Shown: positions 1 through 11,390 of the stretch, piece after piece | Position numbering within the stretch: the first letter of the stretch is position 1 | Layout of the letters: every line of letters starts with the position of its first letter | Notes under the pieces: generated by a model | Databases searched by the model: none | Told to the model about the DNA's origin: nothing | The model's input: the letters and a program-made list of their open reading frames with translations, nothing else | Source: Podarcis muralis | Lineage: Eukaryota | Reading direction: 5' to 3' | Length of the DNA stretch: 64,000 nt | Assembly (NCBI RefSeq): GCF_964188315.1 | Contig: NC_135655.1 | Location: forward strand, 45,322,001-45,386,000 | Made by a program: the position numbers and the translations under genes

Positions 1-87
1 CAGATTTATTGTTATATATAAGAACGGGGGGGAAACAATCGGCCACACACCCATTATCTGATAAAACACCTCTTCCGAGCAACATTC

Positions 88-693
88 TCACAGCTTGCTG
101 TGTTCTTCATCTTGTTTTCCATTGAGGTGTTTGCGGAAGAAGGTTTGAATCTGACCCCATGCATCCACCTGTGCTGCGGCATGAGCCCTGGGCTCCCCTC
201 CCCAGATCACTGGTCTGCCCACCAAGAGATGCATTGAAGCTGCACACATAGGAAAATACGGAGGCTCAATATAATGTCCTGCTCCAGGATAGCAAATTAT
301 CTCAGGTTTTTCTTTTCCATGAGCCTGTAGCCGCTTGGAGGCTTCCACAGCAAAAAACTCGCTCTTAAAGTTGTGGTCATCTTGGCCTACGATGAAGAGG
401 AAACGTCCTTCAGCCTTCTCCAATGGAATAAAACTTTGGCGATCGGGGCCCTCAAGTGGGTTGTTCATGACATCCAAAATGTCAGCAACACCAGACTTGT
501 CTAATTTGAGCCGCTCTGCATTGAAACCAAGAGGTGGAATGGTGATGTCCTTGTAGTGCAGTGGCACAGCTATATTGGCCACAGCGCTATTAATAGTGAC
601 TGTAACAGTGACACCCTTTAAGAAAGAGGCCATAGAGATACACAGGTCACCACCTTTTGAGTGTCCCAGCAGTCCAACTCCTGGACCTTTAAC
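88..693 (-). CDS. ACOT2: ACOT-family thioesterase, coding exon 3 (606 bp; alpha/beta-hydrolase catalytic domain, ends -HSKL*)
   Basis: Acceptor CTCTTTAG|GTT. Nucleophile motif GHSKG, acid motif VGQDDHN and catalytic His in GAGHYIEPP; TGA at 90-88. Spliced CDS 589+203+606=1398 nt = 465 aa. Confidence 0.93.
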   Translation of the reverse strand, partial: VKGPGVGLLGHSKGGDLCISMASFLKGVTVTVTINSAVANIAVPLHYKDITIPPLGFNAERLKLDKSGVADILDVMNNPLEGPDRQSFIPLEKAEGRFLFIVGQDDHNFKSEFFAVEASKRLQAHGKEKPEIICYPGAGHYIEPPYFPMCAASMHLLVGRPVIWGGEPRAHAAAQVDAWGQIQTFFRKHLNGKQDEEHSKL

Positions 694-1267
694 CTAAAGA
701 GAAAGAAAGAAAGAGGTGAAACGAAAACAAGATACATACAGTATGTGCCCCTCTCCCCCACATGACTAAGCTGTGGGCAAAAGCTCATGCTGCTCACCCT
801 TAGTTTGGCAAAAGAAAAAAAGCTGAGCTGAGGACCATTTCACATTTCTGAACAATCTATCACAGTGACTGCCCAAGGCTTGCCTGCTTTGGTTAATCTT
901 TGCAGTCAAAAATGGAGAAAACTGTTGCTGTGGACTTTAACCTTTCAGTGTTTTTTTTTATTCCAGGAGCTTGGCACAAATAATGAATTTAAAATATTAG
1001 TGCAATACAAGTAAGCATGTGATGATCAGAGTTCAGCTCAGAGAATACTCTCAAATCAGCAATTCAACAGCTCTCAGAATAAGAATACTATGGAATATAT
1101 ACTTCTGCATATACAGTGGTACCTCGGGATGTGAACGGGATCCGTTCTGGAGCCTTAGATGTGCTTCAAATGTATGGTGTGGTTCTACACACAAGACTTT
1201 CCAGTTTCAAATGTAGCACCCTCAGAAGCTTGCTATTTTTGTGAAGGCTGTCCACATATGGCCCTAC

Positions 1268-1470
1268 CTTTGGATGTTTCAGCATATAGTTCAGAGCTTC
1301 TTCAAAATACTCCAGATGAAATTCCTTCATATCTCTGGGAAGATCTTCATAAGCATAATAGGCCAATGCTAATGTTACAAAGCCATGATTGGCCAACAGA
1401 CAGGCTCGGTATTCTGGAAGTCCTCCTCCAGTTCCTGAAATATCAATGATTCCAGGAAAGGGACCATCAC
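1268..1470 (-). CDS. ACOT2: ACOT-family thioesterase, coding exon 2 (203 bp)
   Basis: Acceptor TTTTATAG|GT and donor AAG|GTAGGG. Encodes [68 protein letters not shown]; phases join exons 1 and 3 correctly. Confidence 0.92.
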
Positions 1471-2199
1471 CTATAAAAGACAGAACGAAGTTGCATTATC
1501 TTTTTTAGACTTCTCTAGAATTCACCTTATTGAAAAGAAAGCCTAGCATGGAATCACCTAATTTTAGTTTTGGAAGGGACCTTGGAGATAATTTAACTCT
1601 GACCACTTGGGTTGAAAAGACCCACTTTAATGGCTGGATCCTTCATAATACACTTTTCAAACCTGTTCATATTAGCAGATCAAAAGCAGAGAATGAGAGA
1701 GTTTGGAGTCTGAGGTGCCAGTGAGTTGTTGTTTCCAGTGAGCAAGGCTTGCTACGAAATACAAAGGAATAGGCAAGGTACAGGGCTAGCTCAGCACCAT
1801 CATTAGACACAGTAGGGCAAATAATCAATTCTCTCTCTTTACACCTTGCAGCGTGGCCCCGGCCGGGACAACTTCCGCCTCACTGTATTTGTGAAGTCTT
1901 TTAAGGTGCCACCAGACTTCTTTTATTGCCAACACACTTCTGCAGCTCTTCCTCCTCTTCCTTAATTGTGGGTTTTTTTCTTTGCTTGCTGGGTGCCATA
2001 TCTTTCTCCCTTTCTGAGCAGGAAGAAGAGGAACCAGTTTACTACAGGATGGAGAAATCCAAGCCAGGGATGTGTGTGCCCTTCCAGAAGTCGTTCACCA
2101 CAACCACTCCCACGATCTCTCTGAAACTAAGCTCCTCTGCCTGGGACTAACGAGTTCTTTGAAATGCAACAACACGTGGAGGAGCCGCAGCTCTGGCGT

Positions 2200-2950
2200 T
2201 GGCTCACAAAAAGTGTGTGGGTGTCAACGACACGAAGCGCAGGAGCGTCTAGAAGGCCTTAAGAAGGCCAAGCGCGGGGCCAGAGTCCGCCACTCACCCG
2301 GGGGCAGGAAGAGGGTGGCGCGGACCCGCCCGTCCCGCACGGGGATCCTCTGGACGCCGGCGCGCAGGAAGCCCCTCTCGTGGGAGCCCTTGGCGAGGAC
2401 GCCTCCCGCGAGGCCCTCTCCGTGTCCCTCGAGCACCTCCAGCTCCAGGCTGAAGGGGCGCTGCACGTCGCGCTTCACCAGCCGCCTGAAGGGCTTGCGC
2501 GGCTTCAGCGCCCACAGCAGCCCCATGGGCTCCAGGCCAGAGAAGCTGCCGCCCTCCAGCGCCGGCGAGCGGCTCAGGTCCAGCTGCCCGCTGCCGTCCG
2601 CCCGGTAGAGCGCGAGCGACTCGAAAAGCTCCCCGACCTCGTCCTGCAACGATGCCCGGAGCGTGACCTCTTGCTGGGGCCGCAGCCCCGACACCGAGAT
2701 ACCCAGCGGCTCGTCGAAGAGGCTCCGGCCGGCGGGGGAGAAGTCGATGCGGGCGTCCATGAGGGAAGCGCTAGTGGAGGCGGCGCTCTGACAGCAGCTG
2801 CCGGGGGGGCGAAAGGCGCAGCGGGGTCTGGGACGCAGGCGGAGTCCCAGGCCGCGTCCCCAGAGCAGGCGCCCAAATGAGGCCATGGCAGCGGAACGAG
2901 CTGTCAGCCCCAGTCAAATCAAGCGGCGGCGCCACCCCTCGTAGTTTCAA
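2200..2950. promoter_or_regulatory. CpG island over ACOT exon 1/promoter
   Basis: Sharp rise in GC and CpG density against an AT-rich background, overlapping the first exon. Confidence 0.8.
2298..2886 (-). CDS. ACOT2: ACOT1/2-family acyl-CoA thioesterase, coding exon 1 (589 bp; N-terminal presequence + beta-sandwich domain)
   Basis: ATG at 2886 in strong Kozak context (GCTGCCATGG). Translation ...[42 protein letters not shown]...[16 protein letters not shown]...[10 protein letters not shown] matches the type-I ACOT N-terminus. Phase-1 donor G|GTGAGT at 2298/2297. The exact paralogue name (ACOT1/2/4-like) is uncertain. Confidence 0.88.
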
Positions 2951-5770
2951 ATTACACAACAATTGTTTGGAAAGGAAATTCGTTTGGGGCGGAGGGAGGA
3001 GGCTGCCCTTCGCACAAGGCCTTTCCCCCTTCTTCCAAATGGTCACCGTGCAGTCCGAATCCATCGAGTCCTCTAACTCCTTCATTTAATTCAGTGGGGT
3101 TCATGGGCGTAGCCAGGATTTATATTGCGGGTGAGGCAGGGTCAATGTCAGCGGGGCCATAACCGAGTTAGTTAAGTATTTCTATTTATTTATTTATTTA
3201 CTTGATGGGGGTGGGGGGTGGCAACTTGCACCCCGTGCCTCCCTTGGTGGGGTTTACCAGATTTAGATCCTGATCCTGAATCCTGAATTTCCTAAAATTT
3301 AGAAAAAGTTGTTTATCCCTGAGGTGCAGGTGTAAGACTTATCTCTCTCTCTGTCTCTCGTTTGCTTTCCTGTTGATTGCCATATTTGTTATATGTTGAA
3401 AATTAAGAAAATACTGGTTTCGGAGGAAAAGCAAAATGGCCCCTTGCTCCCCACAACCAGAGTGCTGCAGCAACTTGTGATAAAAATAAAAAAATAAAGA
3501 GTAGGGAGCTCCAAATGTTAACATTCATGTTACAGGAAATTCATGTTGTAAACAGCCAGACGGACATATTGCCCGGACAAATGCCAGTGAGCAAAAGTTT
3601 GCCTTCTGTATTTATTTCATATAATGTATAATAAATGTCAGTTTGATGCACCCAACCTGAAGCATTCTGGAGATCTTCGACTAACTTGAATGCTGAAAAC
3701 TTGTGCACTCTAAGGTAGTTCAATAAATGTTACTTCACTAGCTTTGTTTCCCTCCATGTTTAAAAAAACCAACAACAACTTGTGAAACAGCAGGTTTAAT
3801 ACCAAACAGCCAAAGGGGACTTAGCTTGGCAGCTCTATTTAAAATCAACAAATCAAAATTGACAGAATGTGAGTACATCATTTGTAGCCTGGCAACAACT
3901 GTACACAAGTAGAAGGGAGGTCTGAAGAGACAAGAATCTGATTTCTAATGTGCATGTATTTGCGATGTGCTCCTGCTCCTACAAGAGCAGATCTGTGAAA
4001 GCCATTCTGAAAGGTTAGTACAAACTTTTCAGTCTTCATAAAGAACAAGAAAAAGAAATACCCTGGAATCCAAAAAAAAGCAGGGATGTGAAATTGGCTG
4101 AAGTTGGGAGTGGGTCACATAAAAACAGAGATTCTTGTACAATATTGCAATGTATATTTTCCAACTTAAACTTAACAAAAGATTGCAGAGAACAAAGAAG
4201 GTGACTGCCCACAGTGGCTTGTAGTAATTTAATGTAGAGACCTAAGTTCCTAATTATTATAATTACAACATTTAAAAAAATGATTGTTGAAAACATTTCC
4301 ATACAGTGGCAGGAATTAACATAGCATATTGTATAAATATTACTGTATTTTCTCAAGTTTAACACTCACCTTTTCTGGCCAAATTACATTGTGAAAATTA
4401 AGGTGTGCATTAGATTCGATGACACATTTACACTGGCCAGCAAATACATTTTTTGGTTTCAAGGTTTTGAAAATTGAGGTGCGCATTAGATTCGATGGCA
4501 CATTAGACTCAAGTAAATGTATGTTCTGAAACATGTATGCTACTTTAAGAGAGGACAGCAAAAACATTTTGGGGCACCTTAAAGATTTACAGACTGGCTG
4601 TATGATTAAGAAGTAAGCCCCATTAAGGCTAGTGGGGTTTCTTCTCAGGTACAGATTGCAGCCTCATTGTGGCATAAGTGTTATGAGAGGAAGTGAGCAC
4701 TAAAAGAGGAAAGAACAGGGTTATAAACTAGGATAAATGCATAATTTTAATCAATAAAATTAATATTTAATGTCGTTAAAAATTCCTAATAACTCATCAT
4801 GAGTAAGTTTTCTTTGAACCATAGATCCTTAAATTATTCCAGCTCATGTATTCCAGGCAGAAACAAGTCCTGCAGGGTGCAAAGCTGACAGCAATGACAT
4901 TTGCAAGTAAGAAATGTTAATAGCACTTCGGATTGGATTAGGGTACTGAAGGAAAAGCAATATTTGTGGACAAGAACTGACAATGTCAAGTGTACAATAA
5001 TAGGATAGAAATCTTACCTCGATGCAGAAAGGGATAACTATTGTCAGCACAGTGCATGTTGTACAAGTGTAATAGTCACTGGGAAGAAAGAAAAATAATT
5101 TTTGTTTGTGTGCCGGGGCAGGTTATGCTTAGTTTAATATCAGAGATTCACAGCGGCATCCTAATGACATTTACTTGGACTAGGACTTTTTTTTTAAGCT
5201 AATGCTGCTGTAGCTCCAGCAGCCTCAGCAGAGCAGTGGTTTAAACACAGACAGGGTGATTTGTAGGTTGTACTGTAGAGTAATAGGCTATTGAAGCAGT
5301 ACTCCTAGGATCCCAAGTGCCGACATGACGTGAGTTTTAACCCATTCTGGAGCATGCCTTGGTGACAAAAGAGTTGACACTAGGCTGGTGAAGCAATATG
5401 ATAACATGGTGAATGATAATTTCCCACTACTCTCTTTCTGCTTATAAAGAGCCAGAAGTAGAGAACAGCCGATGGGCTTCATTTTGTCCGCCTTGAACAA
5501 GCCTATTCAGATGAGATCTTTCCCAGTCTGCATCTGTATTAGAATTGTGTTAAAATATGTTTTTTTATTGTTGTTTGATGCCCTGGGTTTCCTTGGTAGG
5601 AAGGGTAAGATATAAAATAAATAATGCATGATAGCATCTCCTCCTCCTTCCACATCACATTCCATCAACCATCAAAGGTAAATAGGTCATCTTGGAGATT
5701 CAATGATACCAGCATTCTGCAGTGATAGCCTGTTTGGGGAAGAATTGTGGTGTTGTTTGTTTGCTTGAAT

Positions 5771-5906
5771 CAGGCTTCCTCATCCTCGACCCTCCAGATG
5801 TTTTGAGACTACAGTTCCCATCATCCCTGACCACTGGTTCTGCTAGCTAGGGATCATGGGAGTTGTAGGCCAAAAACATCTGGAGGGCCGAGGTTGAGGA
5901 AGCCTG
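5771..5906. mobile_element. Palindromic hAT-type MITE
   Basis: Terminal inverted repeats (TIRs) CAGGCTTCCTCA...TGAGGAAGCCTG; exact 8-bp TSD GCTTGAAT (5763-5770, 5907-5914). Confidence 0.9.
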
Positions 5907-6098
5907 GCTTGAATCTTAAAAGGATGGTCTTTTACAATCTGATAGGGTTATTTATTTTCTCTCTGTGGTTTAGGAAAAGCTTGAGTGTCCCCTCAGAAAA
6001 CAGCGGGATGTCTGTTTCTTTACACAGCCGTTAAGTCAAACTTCTAAAGATTTATGAAAAGTTAGCCACTAGTGAGGAGCCTCACCAGTCTTGAAAGG

Positions 6099-7048
6099 AT
6101 GGAAATACCAACTTTTTTCAAGAGCAAAAATCCCTTCCCCCTTGAGTCTAGTCTGAAGGCCAGAGTTGACAGACACAGCTTGCCATCTCGCAAGGCAATG
6201 CTGTCTGCAATGAGGGCAAAAATGCCTTTCATGTACCAGAGAGATGTTTGTCATGCTGAAGAGCACTATGCAGAATACCGGAAACAATGCCTCCAGAATG
6301 CAGCCAAGAACCTATATTTTTCTAAAGAAGCTGTTTACCACAGAGGGGCAATGCTTCAGTCCTTTAAGGACTATGACCCCAGGGGGTTGTATGATTTTTC
6401 CAGTGTCATTCAGAGAAAAGAAAGTGAAAATATTGTTATTAAGAAGCAAAGGCGACCAAGTAGGCTCAAACCTTTGAAGAAATTACAGTCCCTGGTAATG
6501 AAGCCAGACCCGCCTCCTCCCAAGGAAATCACCGCTGATGTTCCTGTCTGCATGGAAGAGCTTATCTGGAAAGCCAAGGTAGAAAGCACACTTTCAGAGC
6601 CAAGTCTCCTGGTACCTATTCCACCTCCTCCCCCTCCTCCTTCTTGTGAACCTCCATACACACAGGCGTTCCTGACAGAACCTCATGAGATGTTAGCAGA
6701 CTTGACATTCAAGAGGTCAAAAGCAAGACCCCAGGGCACCACAGTCCATGAGCCAGATCATGGGGACCTGAGGTGGGAAGGAACAATGTTGGTGAAGTTA
6801 AACAAGGCTACAGCTCAATTCATTGTGAATAATCAGCCCACCTGGGGAGGCTGGGTTCAGGGTAAGCCACCGGGTTTCAAGAAGCAAAAATATAACTGGG
6901 AAAGCATCAGGTACGTGCTTCCTGATGAAAGTGATGTGGAATTACTGGATCAGATTCAGGCTGAGGATACAGTAGTGAAAGGTCAGATTCAAATTCAAAT
7001 AGATGAAGAGAAGAAACCGGAGACACCTCTCTCTGCTTATTATTACAG
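6099..7048 (+). CDS. HEATR4: HEATR4 first large coding exon (950 bp)
   Basis: First in-frame ATG at 6099 (the ORF-track start at 6072 is GTG). Motifs AAKNLYFSKEAV, WEGTMLVKLNKATAQFI, KYNWESIR, SDVELLDQIQAE and EKKPETPLSAYYYR resemble recalled human HEATR4. Donor AG|GTAAGG at 7048. A likely acceptor at 5973 suggests the exon starts in the 5' UTR. Confidence 0.8.
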
Positions 7049-7163
7049 GTAAGGCAAATAAATACCTGTTGTACTGGAGCATCAAGCTGTGTTACATTTA
7101 GATGCTAATCTCATTATTTGGAAACATGCCTCATGGGATTGTGATCTTAGCTTTAGCCCTATA

Positions 7164-7521
7164 AAAAGTAAAGGGTGAAGGGACCCCTGACCATTAGGTC
7201 CCGTCACGGACGACTCTGGGGTTGCAGCGCTCATCTCGCTTTATTGGCCGAGGGAGCCGGCGTACAGCTTCCGGGTCATGTGGCCAGTATGACTAAGCTG
7301 CTTCTGGCGAACCAGAGCAGCACACGGAAACGTCGTTTACCTTCCCACCAGAGGTAGACCTATTTATCTACTTGCACTTTGACGTGCTTTCGAACTGCTA
7401 GGTTGGCAGGAGCTGGGACTGAGCAACGGGAGCTCACCCCTTTGCGGGGATTCGAACCGCAGACCTTCTGATCGGCAAGTCCTAGGTTCTGTGGTTTAAC
7501 CCACAGCACCACCCGCGTCCC
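7164..7521 (-). mobile_element. Sauria-type SINE (full length)
   Basis: tRNA-like head GGGACGCGGGTGGTGCTGTGGGTTAAACC...GGTTCGAATCCCC and BovB-like tail; 11-bp TSD TTAGCCCTATA (7153-7163, 7522-7532). Confidence 0.9.
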
Positions 7522-9154
7522 TTAGCCCTATACATTTTTGCAATAAAAGCTGCTCTTTCCCCTCACTTTCCAATGCTCATTTGAAGGATGATGGGACAAA
7601 ATATGGGTTTCTGTGACACCCCGGTGAAGGCCATTCTATGGGTAATTACGGTAGCTAAGTAAAAATAAACAATGTATGATTAAAAACAGTTACAAAACAG
7701 CCTAAAAATTAATAGATGAGTTTTTAAAAACGCAAAATGGACACATATGGCAGAAAGTTACTCATTCAGCTGGGAAAGCTGGTCAGAACAAAAATGCCTT
7801 CAATTGCTACTAGATATTGCAAATATTTGTTGCCCTGCTCCGAGTTACTATGGAGCAGCTTTCTGAGATCTTTGGAGCTTGAAGGAGACTTCATTACCCT
7901 GTATCAGTTTTTTCAAAGGGAACACAGAATCAGTTATTTGAGCACAGTCTGTTTTGTTCAAAACCACCATGGTGCTCTCAGAAACCTACTTAGCAACCAC
8001 CAAGGCCTCATAATGTTTTTATGCATTTTTTAATTGATGGTTGCCTTCTTGGTTGGGGAAGGTGCCTGTTTTTCGGGAGTGGGCATTGCTTGCTTGTTTT
8101 ACTGTGTTTTTTGTGGGAGGGTATTTTAGTTGAGGGGAGTGTGTTGCTTGTTTTGGGTGGAGGCACTGAACATTACTAGTTTTTCTTCTGTGAAATTGGT
8201 GTTTTGTGGTACCACAACACTTTCTCAGAATTCCAAAAAGGCTGGGGAACCCCTGCATTAAAAGGATGACCTGGAATAGAAAAGAAACAAATAAAGGGCC
8301 AGGATAAAACTAGAAAACTATTGTATATATTCGTACCCCACCTTTTTCCCTGACGGACTCAAGGCAGCTTACCGATAAAATAAGACCAGCCAAAAACATA
8401 GAAACAATTAAACATTAATAGAATTAAAACTATCAATAAATACAGAACAGCACCAGCCCTTTAATTAAAACAACCAGTTCCCACAAGCCTGTTGGATTAA
8501 GAATGTGTTCACCTGCTAGCCTCAGGTTCTCCTTTTAATAATCAAAGGTAGAGTAAAGTAGGTCACAATTCAGTAAACTCTGTCCTATTTGCAAAAGATC
8601 TTACGGGAATTATACTCTGAAGGAGGAAGAGTGTCAGATAAAAGGGGCAGTAATTTCTAAATGAAGCATTTACTACATTTGCTATTCTGTAACCCTCCCT
8701 GGGGAAAAAATAAGAAATGTAGTATTATTATCAACAATGCTGCTGGTGTAAGCTGAGGTTGCTGAGATCATGTACGTAAAATGCTTTAAGCAACTTGGCA
8801 ACAGCAGTTATTTTTGTATATATTGGGTCTATACAACTTATGGCTCCCCAAGCCAAATGTGCCTGTATTGAGTGGTGTTTCCGCAGACCCTGACAGACAG
8901 CAAAGGCATGTGATTCACTGAGGCTGGGGCTTCAGGGATTCCGACCAAGCAACCAAACAGAAAAATAATTGTTTGGTTTTTAGGGCAAGTGCCAAAAAAA
9001 CAAGAGGTTAGGCTGTTTCTCCACCATCACTCTAAATCCCCCCCGCTTTTTAAGATGGATTCTTTGCAACTTTTACATATACTTGGCACTTGGGGGGCAG
9101 AACTCTGTTTTCTGTCAGGTCACACTGAATTCTGTCCCCAAACTTGCCTGAGAC

Positions 9155-9303
9155 CAGTGCTTTTTTTCTAAAAAAAAATGTTTAGGGGTACTCTCATTTT
9201 CCTACTCGTATTGAAATACTGCCCCTCAGTGAGGCCAAACTTAGATTCACAAAATGTTGAGGGGTATGCTTACCCCTGCGTCCCCCCCAGAAAAAAAGCA
9301 CTG
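9155..9303. mobile_element. hAT-type MITE
   Basis: TIRs CAGTGCTTTTTT...AAAAAAAGCACTG; 8-bp TSD CCTGAGAC / CTTGAGAC (1 mismatch). A related copy in opposite orientation lies at 48897-49076. Confidence 0.8.
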
Positions 9304-9508
9304 CTTGAGACTGCTAGCCTTTATGGCAGCGTGGTCCCCCTCTGGGCTTTGCCCAAGGGCCCTTCCCAGGTACCCAAATTCTTTACTTCAAGAATTGACA
9401 ACCCTACCTGGTAGGCTTCCATATGTGTGTGATGAGCTGCGTTCTTGTTCTGAGCGAATTGCAAATTGTACAGTGCTCTCAGCTGGAAGTATGCTTCTCA
9501 TTTCGCAG

Positions 9509-9696
9509 GGGGCCATCTTTCCACATGAGAGGCCGTGGTGTGGAAGATTCAGTTGATATAAACAAAACTGCGGATGAAATATCAAAGAAGGATCTCAGAC
9601 ATCTGGCACGTACTAAACTTCGAGAACGGCTGAGCGCCCGGGTTGGAAAGTACTCATACACTACCCAGAATGTGTTTGAACAAGAGCTCTATTTTG
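9509..9696 (+). CDS. HEATR4: HEATR4 coding exon 2 (188 bp)
   Basis: Acceptor TTTCGCAG|G, donor G|GTAGGT. Ends RVGKYSYTTQNVFEQELYF (cf. human RAGKFAYSTDNTFEQEIYF); phases 2 to 1 are consistent. Confidence 0.85.
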
Positions 9697-10016
9697 GTAG
9701 GTAGAACTCTAATTCCTTTTGCTTAGCATTGTATAGATATGAATGACCCAAGCATTATTTGGATCCAAGATTACTTGCACAAAGATCAACTGCATTGGAT
9801 CAACTGTGGGATTCATACAATCACAGCTCAATACATTTCTGGTGATGCTTGGTAGCCTGTGCATATCCTATCATTTTTCTGCCATCCCATCCTAAGTTGC
9901 TCCCTGTCACATTTTTAAATATTATACATAGCTGAGTCCAGGAAAATTAGGAGAGAACTATTTGTATGCACTTATTTTGTGTGTTCTAATGGTCAGGGGT
10001 CCTTTTAAAAAGAGAA

Positions 10017-10367
10017 GGGACGCGGGTGGCGCTGAGGGTTAAACCACAGAGCCTAGGACTTGCCGATCAGAAGGTCAGTTTGAATCCCCGCGAAAGGGTG
10101 AGCTCCCGTTGCTCGGTCCCTGATCCTGCCAACCTAGCAGTTCAAAAGCACTTCAAAGTGCAAGTAGATAAATAGGTACCACTCCGGCGGGAAGGTAAAC
10201 GGCGTTTCCGTGTGCTGCTCTGGTTTGCCAGAAGCAGCTTGGTCATGCTGGCCACATGACCCGGAAGCTGTACGCCGGCTCCCTCAGCCAATAAAGGGAC
10301 ATGAGTGCCGCAACCCCAGAGTCGGTCACGACTGGACCTAATGGTCAGGGGTTCCTTTACCTTTACC
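10017..10367 (+). mobile_element. Sauria-type SINE (full length)
   Basis: Same family as 7164-7521 in the opposite orientation; (CCTTTA)n tail. Confidence 0.9.
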
Positions 10368-10570
10368 TGTTTTGTGCGTTATTTCAGTTTTATTCTCATC
10401 TACCTTTAAAGACCTCAGCAACCTTGGGAAGGCTGAATTATAATGATCAGACTATGGCCCACAGTAAGCTTTGTGTCTGTGCTGTGATTTGAACTCCCCA
10501 GGACTCCCCCAAGTCTATTCTAGAGGTAAAATGTGATGCACTCCAAATGTTGTGGACTACTTTTCCCATC

Positions 10571-11047
10571 GCCTTGCCAACAAAGGTCTGTATAGTTAAA
10601 GCCATGGTTTTCCCAGTAGTGATGTATGGAAGTGAGAGCTGGACCATAAAGAAGGCTGATCGCCAAAGAATTGATGCCTTTGAATTATGGTGCTGGAGGA
10701 GACTCTTGAGAATCCCATGGACTGCAAGAAGATCAAACGCATCCATTCTTAAGGAAATCAGCCCTGAGTGCTCACTGGAAGGACAGATCGTGAAGCTGAG
10801 GCTCCAATACTTTCGCCACCTCATGAGAAGAGAAGACTCCCTGGAAAAGACCCTGATGCTGGGAAAGATGGAGGGCACAAGGAGAAGGGGACGACAGAGG
10901 ACGAGGTGGTTGGACAGTGTTCTCGAAGCTACAAACATGAGTCTGACCAAACTGCGGGAGGCAGTGGAATACAGGAGTGCCTGGCGTGCTCTGGTCCATG
11001 GGGTCACGAAGAGTCGGACACGACTAAACAACTAAACAACAACAACT
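10571..11047 (+). mobile_element. BovB (RTE) LINE, 5'-truncated 3' fragment
   Basis: VKAMVFPVVMYGSESWTIKKADRQRIDAFELWCWRRLLRIPWTARRSN...VHGVTKSRTRLNN; (CAA)n tail. Confidence 0.93.
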
Positions 11048-11252
11048 TTTGCCATGAAGTCCAGCCAGCATAGCCAGTGGTCAAGGATGATGGGAGTTGC
11101 AGTCCTCAACATCTGGAGGACATGACATTGACTATTCTTACTGTAACCCCTACACCACACTGCCTTTCATATGCCACCATAAAGTTCTGGGCAACAGGAA
11201 CGGGATCATCCCTATCTAGTTGTGGTTTCTTTTGTCTTCTGTGTGTATTTAG

Positions 11253-11390
11253 GGTCAGCCAAAATTGTCCATCAAAAGACCAAGAAGGATCTTATTGTAA
11301 TGGATAATCATTATGAATATTATAAACAGCTCCAGCAATGCTACCCAAGACCTCCAGAGGTCTGGAGCTTCATGCCACCCAAAAAGACAG
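11253..11390 (+). CDS. HEATR4: HEATR4 coding exon 3 (138 bp)
   Basis: Acceptor GTATTTAG|GG, donor G|GTAAGA. Encodes SAKIVHQKTKKDLIVMDNHYEYYKQLQQCYPRPPEVWSFMPPKKT. Confidence 0.8.

Noticed and set aside
2072-2880. Plus-strand and alternative-frame ORFs over ACOT exon 1
   Set aside because: GC-rich shadow ORFs of the real minus-strand exon.
3079-3100. PPAR response element upstream of ACOT (near GGGTCAATGTCA at about 3139-3150 and GGTCA motifs)
   Set aside because: Half-site spacing is not DR1 and the motif lies within what looks like a degenerate hAT-like repeat starting about 3100; not supportable.
6072-6098. ORF-track start of HEATR4 at 6072
   Set aside because: The codon is GTG; the first ATG in frame is at 6099 and in-frame stops lie upstream.
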